DNA from: Phoronis australis
Lineage: Eukaryota; Animalia; Phoronida
Direction: 5' to 3'
DNA length: 64,000 nucleotides
Assembly (NCBI GenBank): GCA_002633005.1
Contig: NMRA01000047.1
Span: forward strand, 436,913-500,912
The notes under the pieces were generated by a model that was not told where the DNA came from, did not search any database, and saw only the letters and a list, made by a program, of their open reading frames with translations. This document shows, in pieces, positions 1 to 13,600 of the stretch. The translations under genes were made by a program, and so were the position numbers. Each line of letters begins with the position of its first letter. Within the stretch, counting starts at the first letter, position 1.

Positions 1-2111
1 GAGATTTGACTTGGCCATAGACCCTTCATCAAACAGCAAGTCTCAAAAGACCAAACAGTTTGTTTTTGACAGGTTTGTTATGTTTATGTTCCCTCATATA
101 AAACTCCACGAGAGGGCGCTCTTTCACTGTTTTAATTACACATATTAACTTAGCTTCATTTGTTAAGATTATGTAGAACCTTATCGACAAGTCGGTGAAT
201 GGAGCCAAGTATCTACACAACTATAGATTTTAATTTAGCTAATATTAACTGAAAGTACATTAGGGTTTGGCTATTCAAAACCTATAGGAGGTAATAAAAC
301 CTTTGTTAAGCTGTAGTGTTTACTTACACAAGCCAATTGGGTATGACTAAGAGCCCACTTCACAAAGAACTACTTTCACTAACCTTAGGTGTCAATTTTA
401 AAAGACCTTCTGTGTAAATGACACCGATTATTTACAACCATCCCCAAATTTTAAGCCACTTTATGGAATAGTTATCCCCTTCAAGATCAAAATGAGCCAG
501 AACAATTTTGATTGAGGACTTAACATCAATCTGAAGTCAATTGGGTCGCATGAACATGTATTTTAATTTAGTAAAATTTAGCAGGAGTGAAATTAAGGTA
601 GATTAATTAGTGGAACAACAGTATTGATTACACGATCAAGTTTTGTTTTACATATAAGTATTCAAGATGAAATTTCAAAAACGCTGTTACATTTTTCTAA
701 ATTATCATTTCGCTTTATACAAATTTAAATTTTTTATGGAAGTCTTAATTTTCCTTAGTTCCTCGTGCAAAAGTAGAACATTTTGAAAACTGTACAATTC
801 TTAAGAGCATTTTGGAGAACAGTACCTACAGTATGGTATCTGAAAGTGTTATATTAATATGATCAGCCATTTCCCAGATAGGAAATTCTTATTAGTTTAA
901 CAGCCTAATTTGGTCAAATTTAGCAACTAGAATTAAGATATACCCGGTATTCATTGATATCAAAAACAAAACTACAGTGATGTCAGTAACATGTCTTGAC
1001 CAAATTTTATTTGATACGTTCAATTTTCAAGATGGTGAAATCTCAAAATTGCTGTTGCAGTTTTTTTTAATTATTTCGTTTGCGTTTTACACAACTGCAT
1101 ATTAATTTTTCTTGAAAATCATAAAAGTCCTTTTCTTGACAGCCTGTCATGCAAAAAGGGATAATTTGGAAAACAATTTCTACCAGTGTTTTAAAGAACA
1201 GTTTAGATAGCATAGATCTGAAAGTTTCATGTGAAACTGATCTGTCATTTCTAAAATATAATGTACTGAAGTCAGCCAAATTTATACATTTTTCTAGGTT
1301 CCTACATAAACCTAAAGACAACTTTTGGAATATGAACTGAATTCAATTTTGTGGTCCAAAAATTCAAAAGTAGGTTTCGAATATTACAAATTGGACTTGT
1401 AGACTTAAGGCTTTTGTTTGTTTTTCATGGAATAGTTTTCTGACTGTAGACAAAATTTTAAATGCGATACTGATTCAGTACTAACAGTGAGGCTCTGCAA
1501 GGGTGTCTTTCAAATTAGGAGATGTGCTACAGTAATACAAGAGTGCGCTTTGATGTTGTGAATAATGATCCTTGTATAAAGCAAACACAATCAAAATGGC
1601 CACTATTGATAGTGATTGGATGGACATACTGTAATGTTTTGGTACATTGACACCAGGAATGCTGGTTAATTTCCATTGTGACGACAGATGTATCTGCCAA
1701 AGTGCCTCAGCAGTGGTTGGTATTGACTGAAGGGGTCTCAGGTGTTGTTTCCGGAAATTGACCCTTTATGCAGGGTGACCCCAAAGTGATCCAAAAATTG
1801 TATACATTGTTCATTAACTTGAGGATGTCGTTTAAATTGTCTGCACTTCCTTTACATTTTTGAGCTTTCGGTAGCATTGCGCAATAAATTTTCACTCTCT
1901 GAAACTGAGTTGTTTGTTATATAGTCATTCTGAGCATATGACCTTGCCCTTCCTTTCACAAACATGGTGTAACCATGCAGTAAGCTTAGCGCTGAGTCTG
2001 ATCCGCAAGAACTGTATTTCAACTCTCAGCATTGCACTGAAATGTGAGTACCTTTGTAGGACCCCTTGTGATATTACACAACCTTCTTTTAACTGCTCAT
2101 TTGTATTTTAG

Positions 2112-5100
2112 GGCTGAACTCGGTAATCTTACAGCTTTTGAGCTTTTGATCACCACATCCTCGGTCAATACAGTTGAGGTCACCTATGATTATCTCATAC
2201 TGAGGTTTGACCCGACAACGCAGGTCATCCTGGCGGCCATTATATTGTTTGCCGTCTACGTGCTCATTGTGTTTGAGGTATGTATGATTACAGTAAAGGC
2301 TCGTCAACTTAATTAGTATAGTTGCCAAATTGGTCTCTTGTTTTGCCAAAGATTCTAGTGTTGTCATTAATGCCCTCAGTGTCTCATTGCATTGTTTGAT
2401 GGCAGGTTTGGCACTAGTTATACTTTAGAAAGAAGAGATGACAAAAATAAAAGTTGACTTGTTTGCCATATTTTGTTTCTAGTAAGTACTTGGTGAAATT
2501 TTACCATTATTTAGACTTCCTTAGTGTAAATAATTTTTTGAAAGGGCCTGTTTTTTCACTTGTTATCTTTCTGGCAGAACTCTGTGCATGATTCAGCAAA
2601 TATTGGTTGGAAATGTGTTACATTGTTGTTTGAACACTCTCGTAACACAGTTGATCAGCAGGTACTTAACTAGGTACGCTAAACACTGTTAAAGTATTGT
2701 GACTATTACCTTGGGATGCACCATTTCACAAAAGGGGGCGACAGTGTCAAATGTTTTAATTCTTTAAGTTACACTATTTTTTTCTATGGTTATTTTGTGG
2801 TTGGGATGGAGGTCATTAGCTGTTTCAATCTTATTGCGTCTTACTTTGAAGATGGTACTTTTTGACCAGCAGACATAGTAGCTCTCAACACAACTATTCA
2901 ATCACATTCTGACACTCTTTCAGCTGGTTCATCGTGCATTAGCGGCCATGTTGGGTTCCATGGCAGCTTTGGGTGTGCTCTCCATACTGAATTATGTAAG
3001 TAAAGTATACAGTTGCTAGCAAGCACAGCAAAAACACTCATCACGGAATACTGTGGGCCTGTTTTGCTACAGTCACTAAGTCAGAAATTTAGTCTTACTC
3101 TCCCATTTCACAATTATAATGGAATTAACTTTGTCGCTCCCATCACAACATAGATTTATTTGGACAAATTATCTCAGTAAGCAGCAGTTGTGGATTACTT
3201 CTCACTGAGAATTATTGTATTTTTACTGATTTAAGGCGAGATTTAACCTTTTTCAGACTAAATAGTTGTGTGGGGCGTTAGACCCAACTTTTTCTGTCCA
3301 CGAAACAGACCCATGGAGGACCTAGAGAATGGCAAAAATAGTTTCTGTGCATTGAAAGCTTATGTAATGTAAAAGACGTAAAAACACACGGACAATTTCA
3401 GAGGTATCATCAGTTAATAAATATTTAATTCTTTTATCAACAATTGTTAAGACATTTACACCACAGAGTCGTACACCACTCGAAATGCTCATGTTTTTGT
3501 AATGAACATACTGTCTGTATTCGTCGTCTTATCTATTTTGTTCATAAAAATAACTATTATATAATCATATCCAACCACTTTGCAGGAAAAAAGTAACTTA
3601 TCAAAATTTAAGCTTATACCCTGGAAACTCGTAAAAAATAAAAAATAGAATACCTTGAAGAGTGTCAACATTGTGAAGCTTGTATTGAATATCAAATAGT
3701 TGATCATCAAAATTTGAGTAACGTCATCAAGTCGTTTAAAAATCGTAAGGGTTATCAGAAGAAATTTCTATCGATTGTAAATTATTTTATGGGGGATGTG
3801 TTCCGTTCTTGCAATGCAAGAAACTTGCCAAAAAGCAAAACCACGCAAGATCACGGGAAATCATGCACGTGGAAGGCAAATATTTGAATACGCTCAGCAG
3901 CTTATTAGAATACAGTACCGAATTGGCGGCCAGTGAAACTATTGTGGTAGTTGATGTTGGAAAATTGAATTGTGTCATAGAATTCACTGTTTCTGCTCTA
4001 TTAGTGAAAATCTTTCACCGCTTGTAGTTTGCAAGTGTCTTGGGTCTGCAGAACACACCCCTGTTCTGACTTCTGATGTTGTGAATGTTGTTTTAGGGAA
4101 AGTATAGAATGCATCAGCTGTGGTCAATCACAAACTGTGGTTCATCACTGTTTGGTTGTCTCTTCTCATAGTAAAAATGTAGGCAGCTCACAGATTACAA
4201 ATTAAAGTCTTGACTCATTAACTTGCCTGTTGCTTGATGTTTGTGTACTCTGTAGTTATGGTTGATTAGTGTGTTCGTTTTCTTGAAGATGAATAGCTTT
4301 ATTTCAGAGGCCATCTTTAGATCAGGTGCTACAATGGCTGGACTATGAAACTTTGAGTTTACTTTTCGGCATGATGGTGATCGTTGCCATCTTCAGTGAA
4401 ACAGGATTCTTTGATTACATAGCTCTGCTGGTAAGTGGTTTTTAGTATTTATTTATTGTTAGCATTGTGATAATTATACTATAGAACTGCAGTTGAGTTG
4501 TTTTTGTCTTAACAAATAGCACTTTGTTCGCTGTGTTTTGTCCCGAGACCGTCAAACTTTGCTCGAGTTTTAAATTAAAGATTGACTAATCACGTGGCAC
4601 GTATTGAGTTTTCTGAAGAAATTCAAGATTAAGAAGTTTTGAATTTCATGTGATGTGACAGGTAATTAATGGTCAGGTTAAGTCCAGTATAGTTTTTATT
4701 AACGCTTTTGAAACCAGGCCATTGGGTCTACCTCCAAACTCAGACTCAGCTCAGACTCAACTCAGACTCGAAACTTAACCAATCACATCACATGATTTGA
4801 GTACTAAAGTTTGCTTGAAGCGTGTCATGCCGTTGGTCAATTTTTAGTCAAGTTTTGAATACTGAGAGTTGACCCTCAGTGCCGCAGGTGTTTCTGGTCT
4901 GGGACTGTAACCATTGCACATACCCACTCTGTACCCTGTTTACCGTATTCTAGGCCTACAAACTTGCCAAAGGTCAGGTGTGGCCCCTCATCACCATCTT
5001 GTGTATCTTCGCCGGTTTTGTCTCTGCCTTCCTCGACAACGTGACCACTATATTACTGATGACTCCTGTCACCATCAGGTAGCGCCGGTGATCACTTTCA

Positions 5101-8100
5101 ATTGCTCAATGCAGGATTCTTTTCTCACTTATAACTTGATATTGTTTAATACAATTATTTCATCCATGTTTACTGTACAGTAACAAGTTCTGGATAAATA
5201 GTTAATGTTTTTGTAAGTGCATCGGCATCATCTTGATTGCAAAAACTGGCGTACTCAATTTTTTTCGTTGATGATTTCTGAGTTTCTCATTCAAGTTGTA
5301 CACTCTGAAAATTAACTGAGAAGAATGTTACTGATAACGAGATTTTATAAGCTCTCCTTTCTTGTAGATTATGCGAGGTGCTACATCTGGACCCTAAACA
5401 CATACTGATTGCTGAGGTCATCTTCTCCAACATTGGCGGCACGGCCACTGCCATTGGAGATCCACCAAATGTGATCATTGTCTCGCACAAAGAAATGCAA
5501 CAAAAGGTACTCGGAGTTCTTTGCCATTGTGTGAATAGAACACCTATCGGTAAAAAATAGTACGGTCTGGTACACATTTATGCCAGATGTGCGCAGGCCG
5601 CTCAAGTGGGCCTGTTGCACTCTGATCACCTAGAACCTGCTTTATAGAATTAAATAAGAGGTGCTAGAGATCTAAGTGTCTAACAGTGTGTCTCAGTTGG
5701 ACTTGGACCCATTCTTTGACTAAAGGAAATGGACGCTGATTCCACTGTTGAAGCCACATTGCCTCCTCTCACATACCATTAGGTTTAGTGTGTAACTTTA
5801 TACCTTTCAATCAGCTACTCTTAAGTTCACATGGGAGTGCTAGAGATACAACGGTGGTCCAAAAGTGCCAACTTTCAAATTTCATGCCATGTGATTTGTC
5901 AGTTCATTGACATTACACGCCAGGGCTGTGACACAGTTCAAGGTGTTGCTGAAAGCTGGGTGCTTTCTCTCAAGTCTAACTTGGCTTGAATGATAGTCAC
6001 CCATTTGGCATTTTCTTAACTTATGACATGTGCCCTGGCTTTTACACTTTTTCAGAACATCGATTTTGCTACGTTCAGTGGTCACATGGCTGTGGGTATA
6101 GTGTTTGTGTTTGCAGCCAGCTATGGTCTACTCAGGTTACAGTACAGGAATATGTCAATGTTGAACAAGAAAGATCCACCAGACATATCGGGTTAGTACC
6201 ATCTATTAGGTGAATATGACGAGTTTGAAAACAAACCCAGTTGATGTAGCCACCCTGTTTTCTTTGATCGTTCTCACATCTCACCTTCACCCAGTTTCCT
6301 GCTGTGAAAGTAGACAGTATCACGCTGTGCACGGACTCCCTGTCTGGGTTTGGTTGTCTCATATCTCATATCAACCTTGCCTGACTTCACCGAAATATTG
6401 TTTCTGCCATTGGGTGAATTAATTTTTGAGGCATCAAAATTGACCTATAGATAGATAGCAAAGTTACAACTTAATGTATAGCTTTGAATCTATGAGTTCT
6501 CCAGCACACTGTCAAAAACACGACTCAAAAACAGTAACACGAGCCTACTACCAGATGAGTGTAAGTGATACAGCCTGAGGTGAATCATTTGAGGACAACC
6601 TTCTGTAACTTGTCGGCTGAAGACTCGTGTTTCCTCTCTCCTCCTACCACACTCTGAGTCAATATTTCGCCTAATGTGAAATTCATGTGGAAATGCTCTA
6701 TGGATCAGTTTGCTTGCTTTAGAGTTTGGTTCAAATTGATTAAGGGCACGTGAATAAGGCACAATTGATATAGCATTCAGTACTGGTGTTGGTGGTTTTA
6801 CCCTGAAACAATGCCTTGGCATGTTTTTGTGTAAAATATTGTATTTTCTTGTTCTTTTAAATATTATTGCGCTTTGAAATAAACGATGACAGTATTGAAA
6901 AATTTAATTAACTGATTAAAGTCAGTATTATTTAGCTGTATCGCTGTACAAAGAGAATTTCAGACTATGATATGGTGCAAGATGAATGAACCTGGCTGTA
7001 GTGATTGACGAATGGAATAATGCCCTTTGGTCAATTTAGCTTTCCAACTTTTTCCTGGGCCATATGCAATTTAGCTAATGACTGTCTTTTTATGGCAGTC
7101 GGTACCCTGTGGTTAGATGTCATGCCTTATGAAAATTGGATGAGTTTGTGTGGAAATTTGTGTGAAACAATTTCCTTTAGCATTTACCTATAATAGAAAT
7201 ACTTTGAAAAATGTTGATAGATTTTTATGAAATTCATCTAAGCATCATTGATACTACAACATTGAAAATCAGATTAAGAATTGTTAATGAGAGACTTTGC
7301 TGTACTTATTAATTAAAAAGAATTTCATTGATTTTCAACAAGATGAAACAAGGAAAGGGGTATTTGGTATTTTCTTAAGCTACTGTTTGAAATGACTCTT
7401 ATTCACAACAATTGTTTTGTTGTCTGACTTTCTTGATTTTTGTTTGTAGAGCTGAAGCACGAGATCAACATATGGCGAAAAACAAGTTCCCGAATAATGA
7501 CGGTAACACGAGAGGAAAGTATCGTGAAGGCGCTGATGTTACAGAAGGTTGTTACTTTGGAGAATATGGTGAAAAAGAAGTTATACAAACAAAAGTAAGC
7601 TTTACTTAATATATGTGGAGGGTTCCAGGCCATTTGGCCCGGTGGGTTGAAGGTCCACCTCCTGATTACAAGGTCGTGTCCGATTCAAATCCCCTCAGAC
7701 TCCACCGCTAGATCTTGTGTCAGGGCTTTAGCTCATCATCTCAGTCATAATGTGTATGTATGTGTTATATGATTGTGTATATTAATCAATGGATTCAGGT
7801 GTCTGGTGCAATGGACCTGGCTGAGCACCCTCTGCACATCTGATGCAATGTATATCAGACTATCAGCATTATTTTTATGTGTGGAGAATACGTGGTTGAA
7901 GTGCTACCAGTGCAGGAGCGTGGTTGAAGTACTACCAGTATAGGAGCGTGGTTGAGCTTCTTGGTTTGCTCACATTTCCTCAGGTCTTCGTTTTTTCTGG
8001 CCCCAGTCATAAAGTGGCCATAAATATTTTGGTTATTTTAAGAATTGAAATATTCGAATTCAGTTTTGGGATTAAGTTGATGGACCAGTTATTATGTTGA

Positions 8101-10599
8101 TACAAGTCTTGAGTCGATCAATTCTCTTCATTCCGAGGTGCTCTCTGGTGGTTACTTAATAGGTAGTTATTTGTTTGTCATCTGATTTGTGTTATTCGTT
8201 GGCATTATCAATGATGGCTCATAACTTTTTAATATTGAGGTCGGAATTCAACTGCTTAAATTGTTTCAGGTCAAATGTTGATAAAGATTTTAAAGACAAC
8301 CTGCAAGAACTTGAGAAAAAGGTAAGCTTGGTGCAATGCAGTTACGAATCGCTTAAGGTTATGCCAGATCACAAGTCACTGCAAGTGTTTGAAAAGAAGC
8401 TTGAGCTTGAGGTTACTGTTGACTGACTAAGGTTACCAGATTAGCTTCTTGTCTTATTCAATAAATTAAGCAGTTCAATTTAGTTAAAAGAACAAGCCTG
8501 AAATTATTTGTTTTTTCTTTGTGTCCATTGTTTACAGCCTAAGTATAAATTGACGATGCCATTTTGTTTTCTTCTGGTTAATTTTTAGATCATCGAAATT
8601 TGAGTTTCATCGACTTAAATAATGATATTACAAAGCAGGCTAATATCCAAAACAAATCAGTTAATGAATTTTATATCTAGTGTCTTTTGTTACCTACTGT
8701 AGTTTTGAGTACATGGTGAGAATATGCAAAATAGACCGTTTGCAAGTTAAAGAGCAATGTAGATACTTGTCCCACTTGCATTGATGTTGTGGCATTAATG
8801 TGGGCATGTTCCGTAATGCAGGACACGTGTGCTGTACTTGTGGTTAGAAATTGAATGGAAGTGAAGTGAATAATTAATGTTGTAGTTTTCTCCCACAATG
8901 CAACATTATTTCCTTGCCAGGATGGCAATGGAAGTAGGACAAAAATCCAACTTGCTGCTAGTCTCATAACGAAAGGTCTGTTAGGCTTTGTCTTAGCTAT
9001 GTTACCCAAAAGTTGGACACCATATCTCCAATATGATTAGTTTTTAATTAATTAGCAGAAAGGTATTGCACACCAGATGGCTCCATTTCAGTATAAAATC
9101 CGTGACTGGGAGCTGTTGGTCAAATCTCTGGTCGTCCTACTCGTGGTCATTGTTCTCTTCTTCATGCATTCCCTGGTGCCAGAGTTACACCTTACTATTG
9201 GTAAGTATTGGGTAATGGATGGTGAAATCTTGCTTATTTTGGAAATAAATGATAGCTGAAGTTTCGTGTTTTTTATTTTCAATGCTGGCTTCCGCATTGT
9301 TGTGGCCATTTTTGCACAATAAATTATCACAATGGCGGTAGTACCGTGTTGTGTTTTTATGATTAATTAACTTTCTTTTTTTATCCTCCATATTTTATCC
9401 TTGATGGCGAAATTTTTCGTTTGTGAATATAATAGTTGCTGACACAGGAATTGTGAATTTTTTTAACAAGTCCGGACTTTCATATAAAATATCATTGGTT
9501 ACAGAGATTTCTAGCTAGGCCAAAATAATATGGAAATTTGCATAAAAATTGTTCACTTCATGAGCAGACGATAAGTTAACCAATCAGCTCTGATGCTTAG
9601 TTTGAGTTTCAGGATTGATTTCTGACAAAACAAAAAGTTATTTACTTCGACAATCATTTCATGGGCTCTTGCTGAAAAATTTGTAATTTGATTAAAAATC
9701 TTCGGTATTGTTCCTATTTCCTTGACATGTAATGAACTATGCTTTATGCAGAAATTTAAATCTGTCTGACCTGATTGCATCATACTGTATGTGTCCTGCA
9801 CACGCGTGTCCATATCTGTTTCCAGGATGGATTGCCATCATTGGTGCCATCTGGCTGCTAGTTCTGTCAGACATGTCGGACTTGGAGTCTCTGATGGAGA
9901 GAGTTGAATGGGCAACACTCATATTCTTCGCAGCTCTCTTCACCCTAATGGAGGTAGGTCATTTCTATGCGTACTGGCTGCTTTCATTTTGTGAGTGTTC
10001 TGTGTGTTTAATCATTACTAAGATCATAATGGTGACTATTACTGGTCACGATGATGGGTTAAATGTTGGTGAAATTTTAAGCCAGAACCCTATTGTATCT
10101 GTGTACTGATGTGAAAGTTTCAATTACCCTTACTCAACAGAATGCTACCTGATGATGTAACATATGTTAAGACACTGGGCACAGAACTTGCCAGGTCATG
10201 ATATCATTGTAAATGCAACTGGCATCCCGTTAATGACATAACTGAAACATCATTTGAGCTTGAAGACATGACCAAGCAGCTCAAGAGTTCCACTGAATCC
10301 AGTGGACCATTGTGTTTGCATTTAGGAAACTTGTACCTTCAATAAATGATAAAACGATGGCGGAAGTTCCAGTTGGCCCAGGTGTGTCATGACAAAGTTT
10401 GATGAGACAGCATTGAACACAAAGGCAGATGTCTCAATTGCATTCTTGAATTGTATGAGGAGTGTCGTTTCAGTTCTTTCTTATTTCCTTTGTTACTGTG
10501 ATTGCCAACTGGTGTCTTCTTTTCTTGCATGTCTTGTATCTTATGATACATTGTTATCACATGTTGTTATTCATTATATAATAATAAATAATAATAATG

Positions 10600-10635
<36 letters not shown>

Positions 10636-13600
10636 GTAATGAATTTATTAGAATATCGCGGTTGCGCTGTTGTTTCTGCGCATTTTGTTTTAGTTTGTCC
10701 TGGTCAATTTAGAAAGATATAATATTTGAAGATCCTAAATTTATCTTTAATAAAAAAATCCATGACGAATTTGTGTTTTACTGTTTTCCTTGTCTATGAC
10801 CAAACAGTTGCTCAAACCTGATCACAATGATTTATTCTCTCAGCTGCAGAATACTCTACTTCAGTTTATGTAATAATTGATCGTGTTAGATTTTCAGCAA
10901 AACATACTGTCGGAATCCAATTAGTTTTATCGTGTCTGTTAAACTACAGGTGTTCTAGTGAAGCTGCGATGCATAAGTCACGTACCAACTGTATATCAAA
11001 CATTGTTTAATTTAATGTTTACATCAGTATAGAGAGACTATTCTTTCTTTGAACCGGCCCCTTTGCCTTTGCACTTTTACTGCATGAACTTGTAAGCTTT
11101 ATACATGTTGACACTTTTATTCATTTAACTAGGGACCATTTTTAACCTCTTGCTTTTCCTGGTTGTGACTAAAAATGCTGTAGGATCATGCTTAGTAAAT
11201 GAAACCGGCGTGTTCAGCAAACTAAAGAAGAGATTGAAGGTAGTCACTTGAATTAGGAGAGGTTAATAACCTCATTTATTTTCAATCAAATCAAAAGTCC
11301 TACTAGGCATTTTAAGTTTGCCACATAGTACAGTAACTTATAGTCGAAAATACATATCAGTTCACAAAAAAGCACTTTGCATAATAAATTAATAGTACGA
11401 AATTAATCTAGTCATTCTTTAGGCAATGATTATGCACAGAAGAGTGCTATAATTTAATATCTGGAAGTTGCTGATATTTCGCATAGTTTCGTAGATATTT
11501 CTCAGCTGCGTCATCTGATGATGTCCGTGAATACATGCTAACTCCATCAAAAACATTTGGAGGTCTTGATTTTGATTTTTTAGTGCTCATATGCTCGTAT
11601 GGATTTTTTGCCTTTCTTAGTTTCGGATCCTGTTGCCAGTGGGCACCACGCATCACCAGACTAGCATGTCTGGTCACGCGTTTGCGATGAACTGTGTGGT
11701 TTTCTTCAATCTCCTGCCAGCCGGAGCGATACTCTACGTCTTTAAAGTACCGGCTCTTCACACTGTGCGGTGAGCCTGTTAATGGCGTGTCGCTTGAGCC
11801 GTTGACTTTACCATTTTGTTTTGACCTTCGCGACCTCGGGGTGGAGATGATGTTTTGCAGGTGTTTGAGCATCGAGTTGTCACTCAACATTCCTTTCATT
11901 TCTTTCTTGGTCTCCGGCTTTCGTGTTGCCGTGGTGATAGATTTACTGTCGTCACTATTAGTTGGCCTTTCATGATTAGCAGTTTTACGTCTATGATCTA
12001 TATTAGCTGTTGTGTGTTTTTCATTTTTTTTATGTTTTGTTGTTTTCTTTTGGTTTTTATCGTTTGCCTCTCCTTTCTTATTCTTACGTTGCTTCTTTCC
12101 CAGCTTCTTTGTTTTTGTCGACTGAGAACGTTTAGCTTGTAAAAACGGGCTACTTGTGAACGTGTGAGGCATCATGGGATTGAAAGGTTCTGTGATCATG
12201 GCAGAACTTGTCGTCGCAATGTCTCTAGATTGTATAGCTGTCTCAGATTCTTGACTTTGTTCGACCCGTATGGCGTCTCCATTTTGGCGTCTGCTTTGGT
12301 CGTCTGCATTTGTACTTTTCTGATCAGTGTCTTTCACGGACGCGTCGTCAGATGATGTCCAGACAACATCTGATGGCAGTATCTCACCATCTGAAACCTC
12401 ATACGTAGCTCTAGACTTCTCCTGGTGTTTGACCTTTGGAGTCGAGTGTGCACTGGCAAAGTGAACTGATTTGTCTGCGGACTTTTTATTTGGTGTCGAC
12501 TGTGCACTTGCTCTCGTCACTTCCTGCTCCAGGTCCTTAGACATTGCCTTGAACCGATTGTATTCAAACATCTCCTTCAGTTGAATCACTGTGAACTCTT
12601 TATCGTCCGGTGAAATGACGGACTTATTGGGTTGTAGTGGTTTTGAGGTTAGCGCCTCAGGCTCAGGTGGAGCTGCATCTACTGTGTCGTGGCGCAAGTC
12701 GTTTTCATACACCACAGCGGTGCCCTCTTGTGGCCCAGCTATCTTTGCATGGTTAGCTTTAGGATCATTGTCTTGGTTGGCAGATATTAGTGTGTTATCC
12801 TCTTCATTCCTGCCACTGGTATTGACAACAGCACTGTTCATTTCTTCTCTATTTCCACCAATGATTGATGCCGACTCATACTGGTGCGTTCCAGCAAGAG
12901 ATAATACATCATCATCATCATCCTCTAGAACCCCAGAAAGGTGATTTTTTGCAAAAACAATGGAGTCTCTGTGCGACAGGAGCGCCACCTGTGGGGTACT
13001 CGTTCCTGAGGCGTTGTCGTCAAAAGGTAACTTCTCGTAAAGGTCTGACAATTGCGACTGGATTGACAGCCTCGTGTTGTTGCCGTTGTTATTTTTGCTC
13101 TGCGCCGCTGTTGTGTAACGTCTCAAGATCTCCTCGCCTTCTGTATGTTTGTGCTCCTTGGCATAATCCAGCGGTGTTCGGCCAATTTTGTCTTTCAGCA
13201 TCACGTTTGCACCTTTCATTAACAGGAAGTCTATGATGTCCCTATGTCCGTTGATGGCGGCGTAGTGCAGTGGCGTGATGCCGTCAATGTTGGGTCTGTT
13301 TACATCTGCCTCACCTGTAATAATATTGGATTTGCTACCTCTGGTGTTTGCACAAGTCATTCCCTAGATGGCACTCCAAACATTAAATTTTGTGTAAATG
13401 CTCTCTACTCTTTTATGACTTCAAAGATATTATTTACAAAAAAGTAGATACCAACAATTATTTACTCATCAAAAGTAAGTCAGATGTACAAAATGCCACT
13501 TCCCAATCATTTTAGTTACTGTTTGTGAATTGACTGTTTGCACTCGGCTGTGGTGATGGGAAACCAACTAGCTCATTTTGTGCAGTCACTTTTGTCATGT

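Noticed and set aside
570-1090. Weak direct repeat of about 350-bp period at the window start, possibly an old transposon
   Set aside because: Too diverged to define boundaries or a family by eye.
1657-1863. Possible additional upstream OCA2 exon
   Set aside because: Frames after the candidate acceptors close at stops, and I could not recognise OCA2 similarity or a convincing phase-2 donor.
3243-3754. piggyBac-like MITE (ttaacc...agggtta)
   Set aside because: The terminal inverted match is too short and degenerate to support.
11694-13447. Several plus-strand ORFs of 60-120 aa
   Set aside because: Antisense shadows of the ankyrin gene's long exon, with no recognisable motifs.
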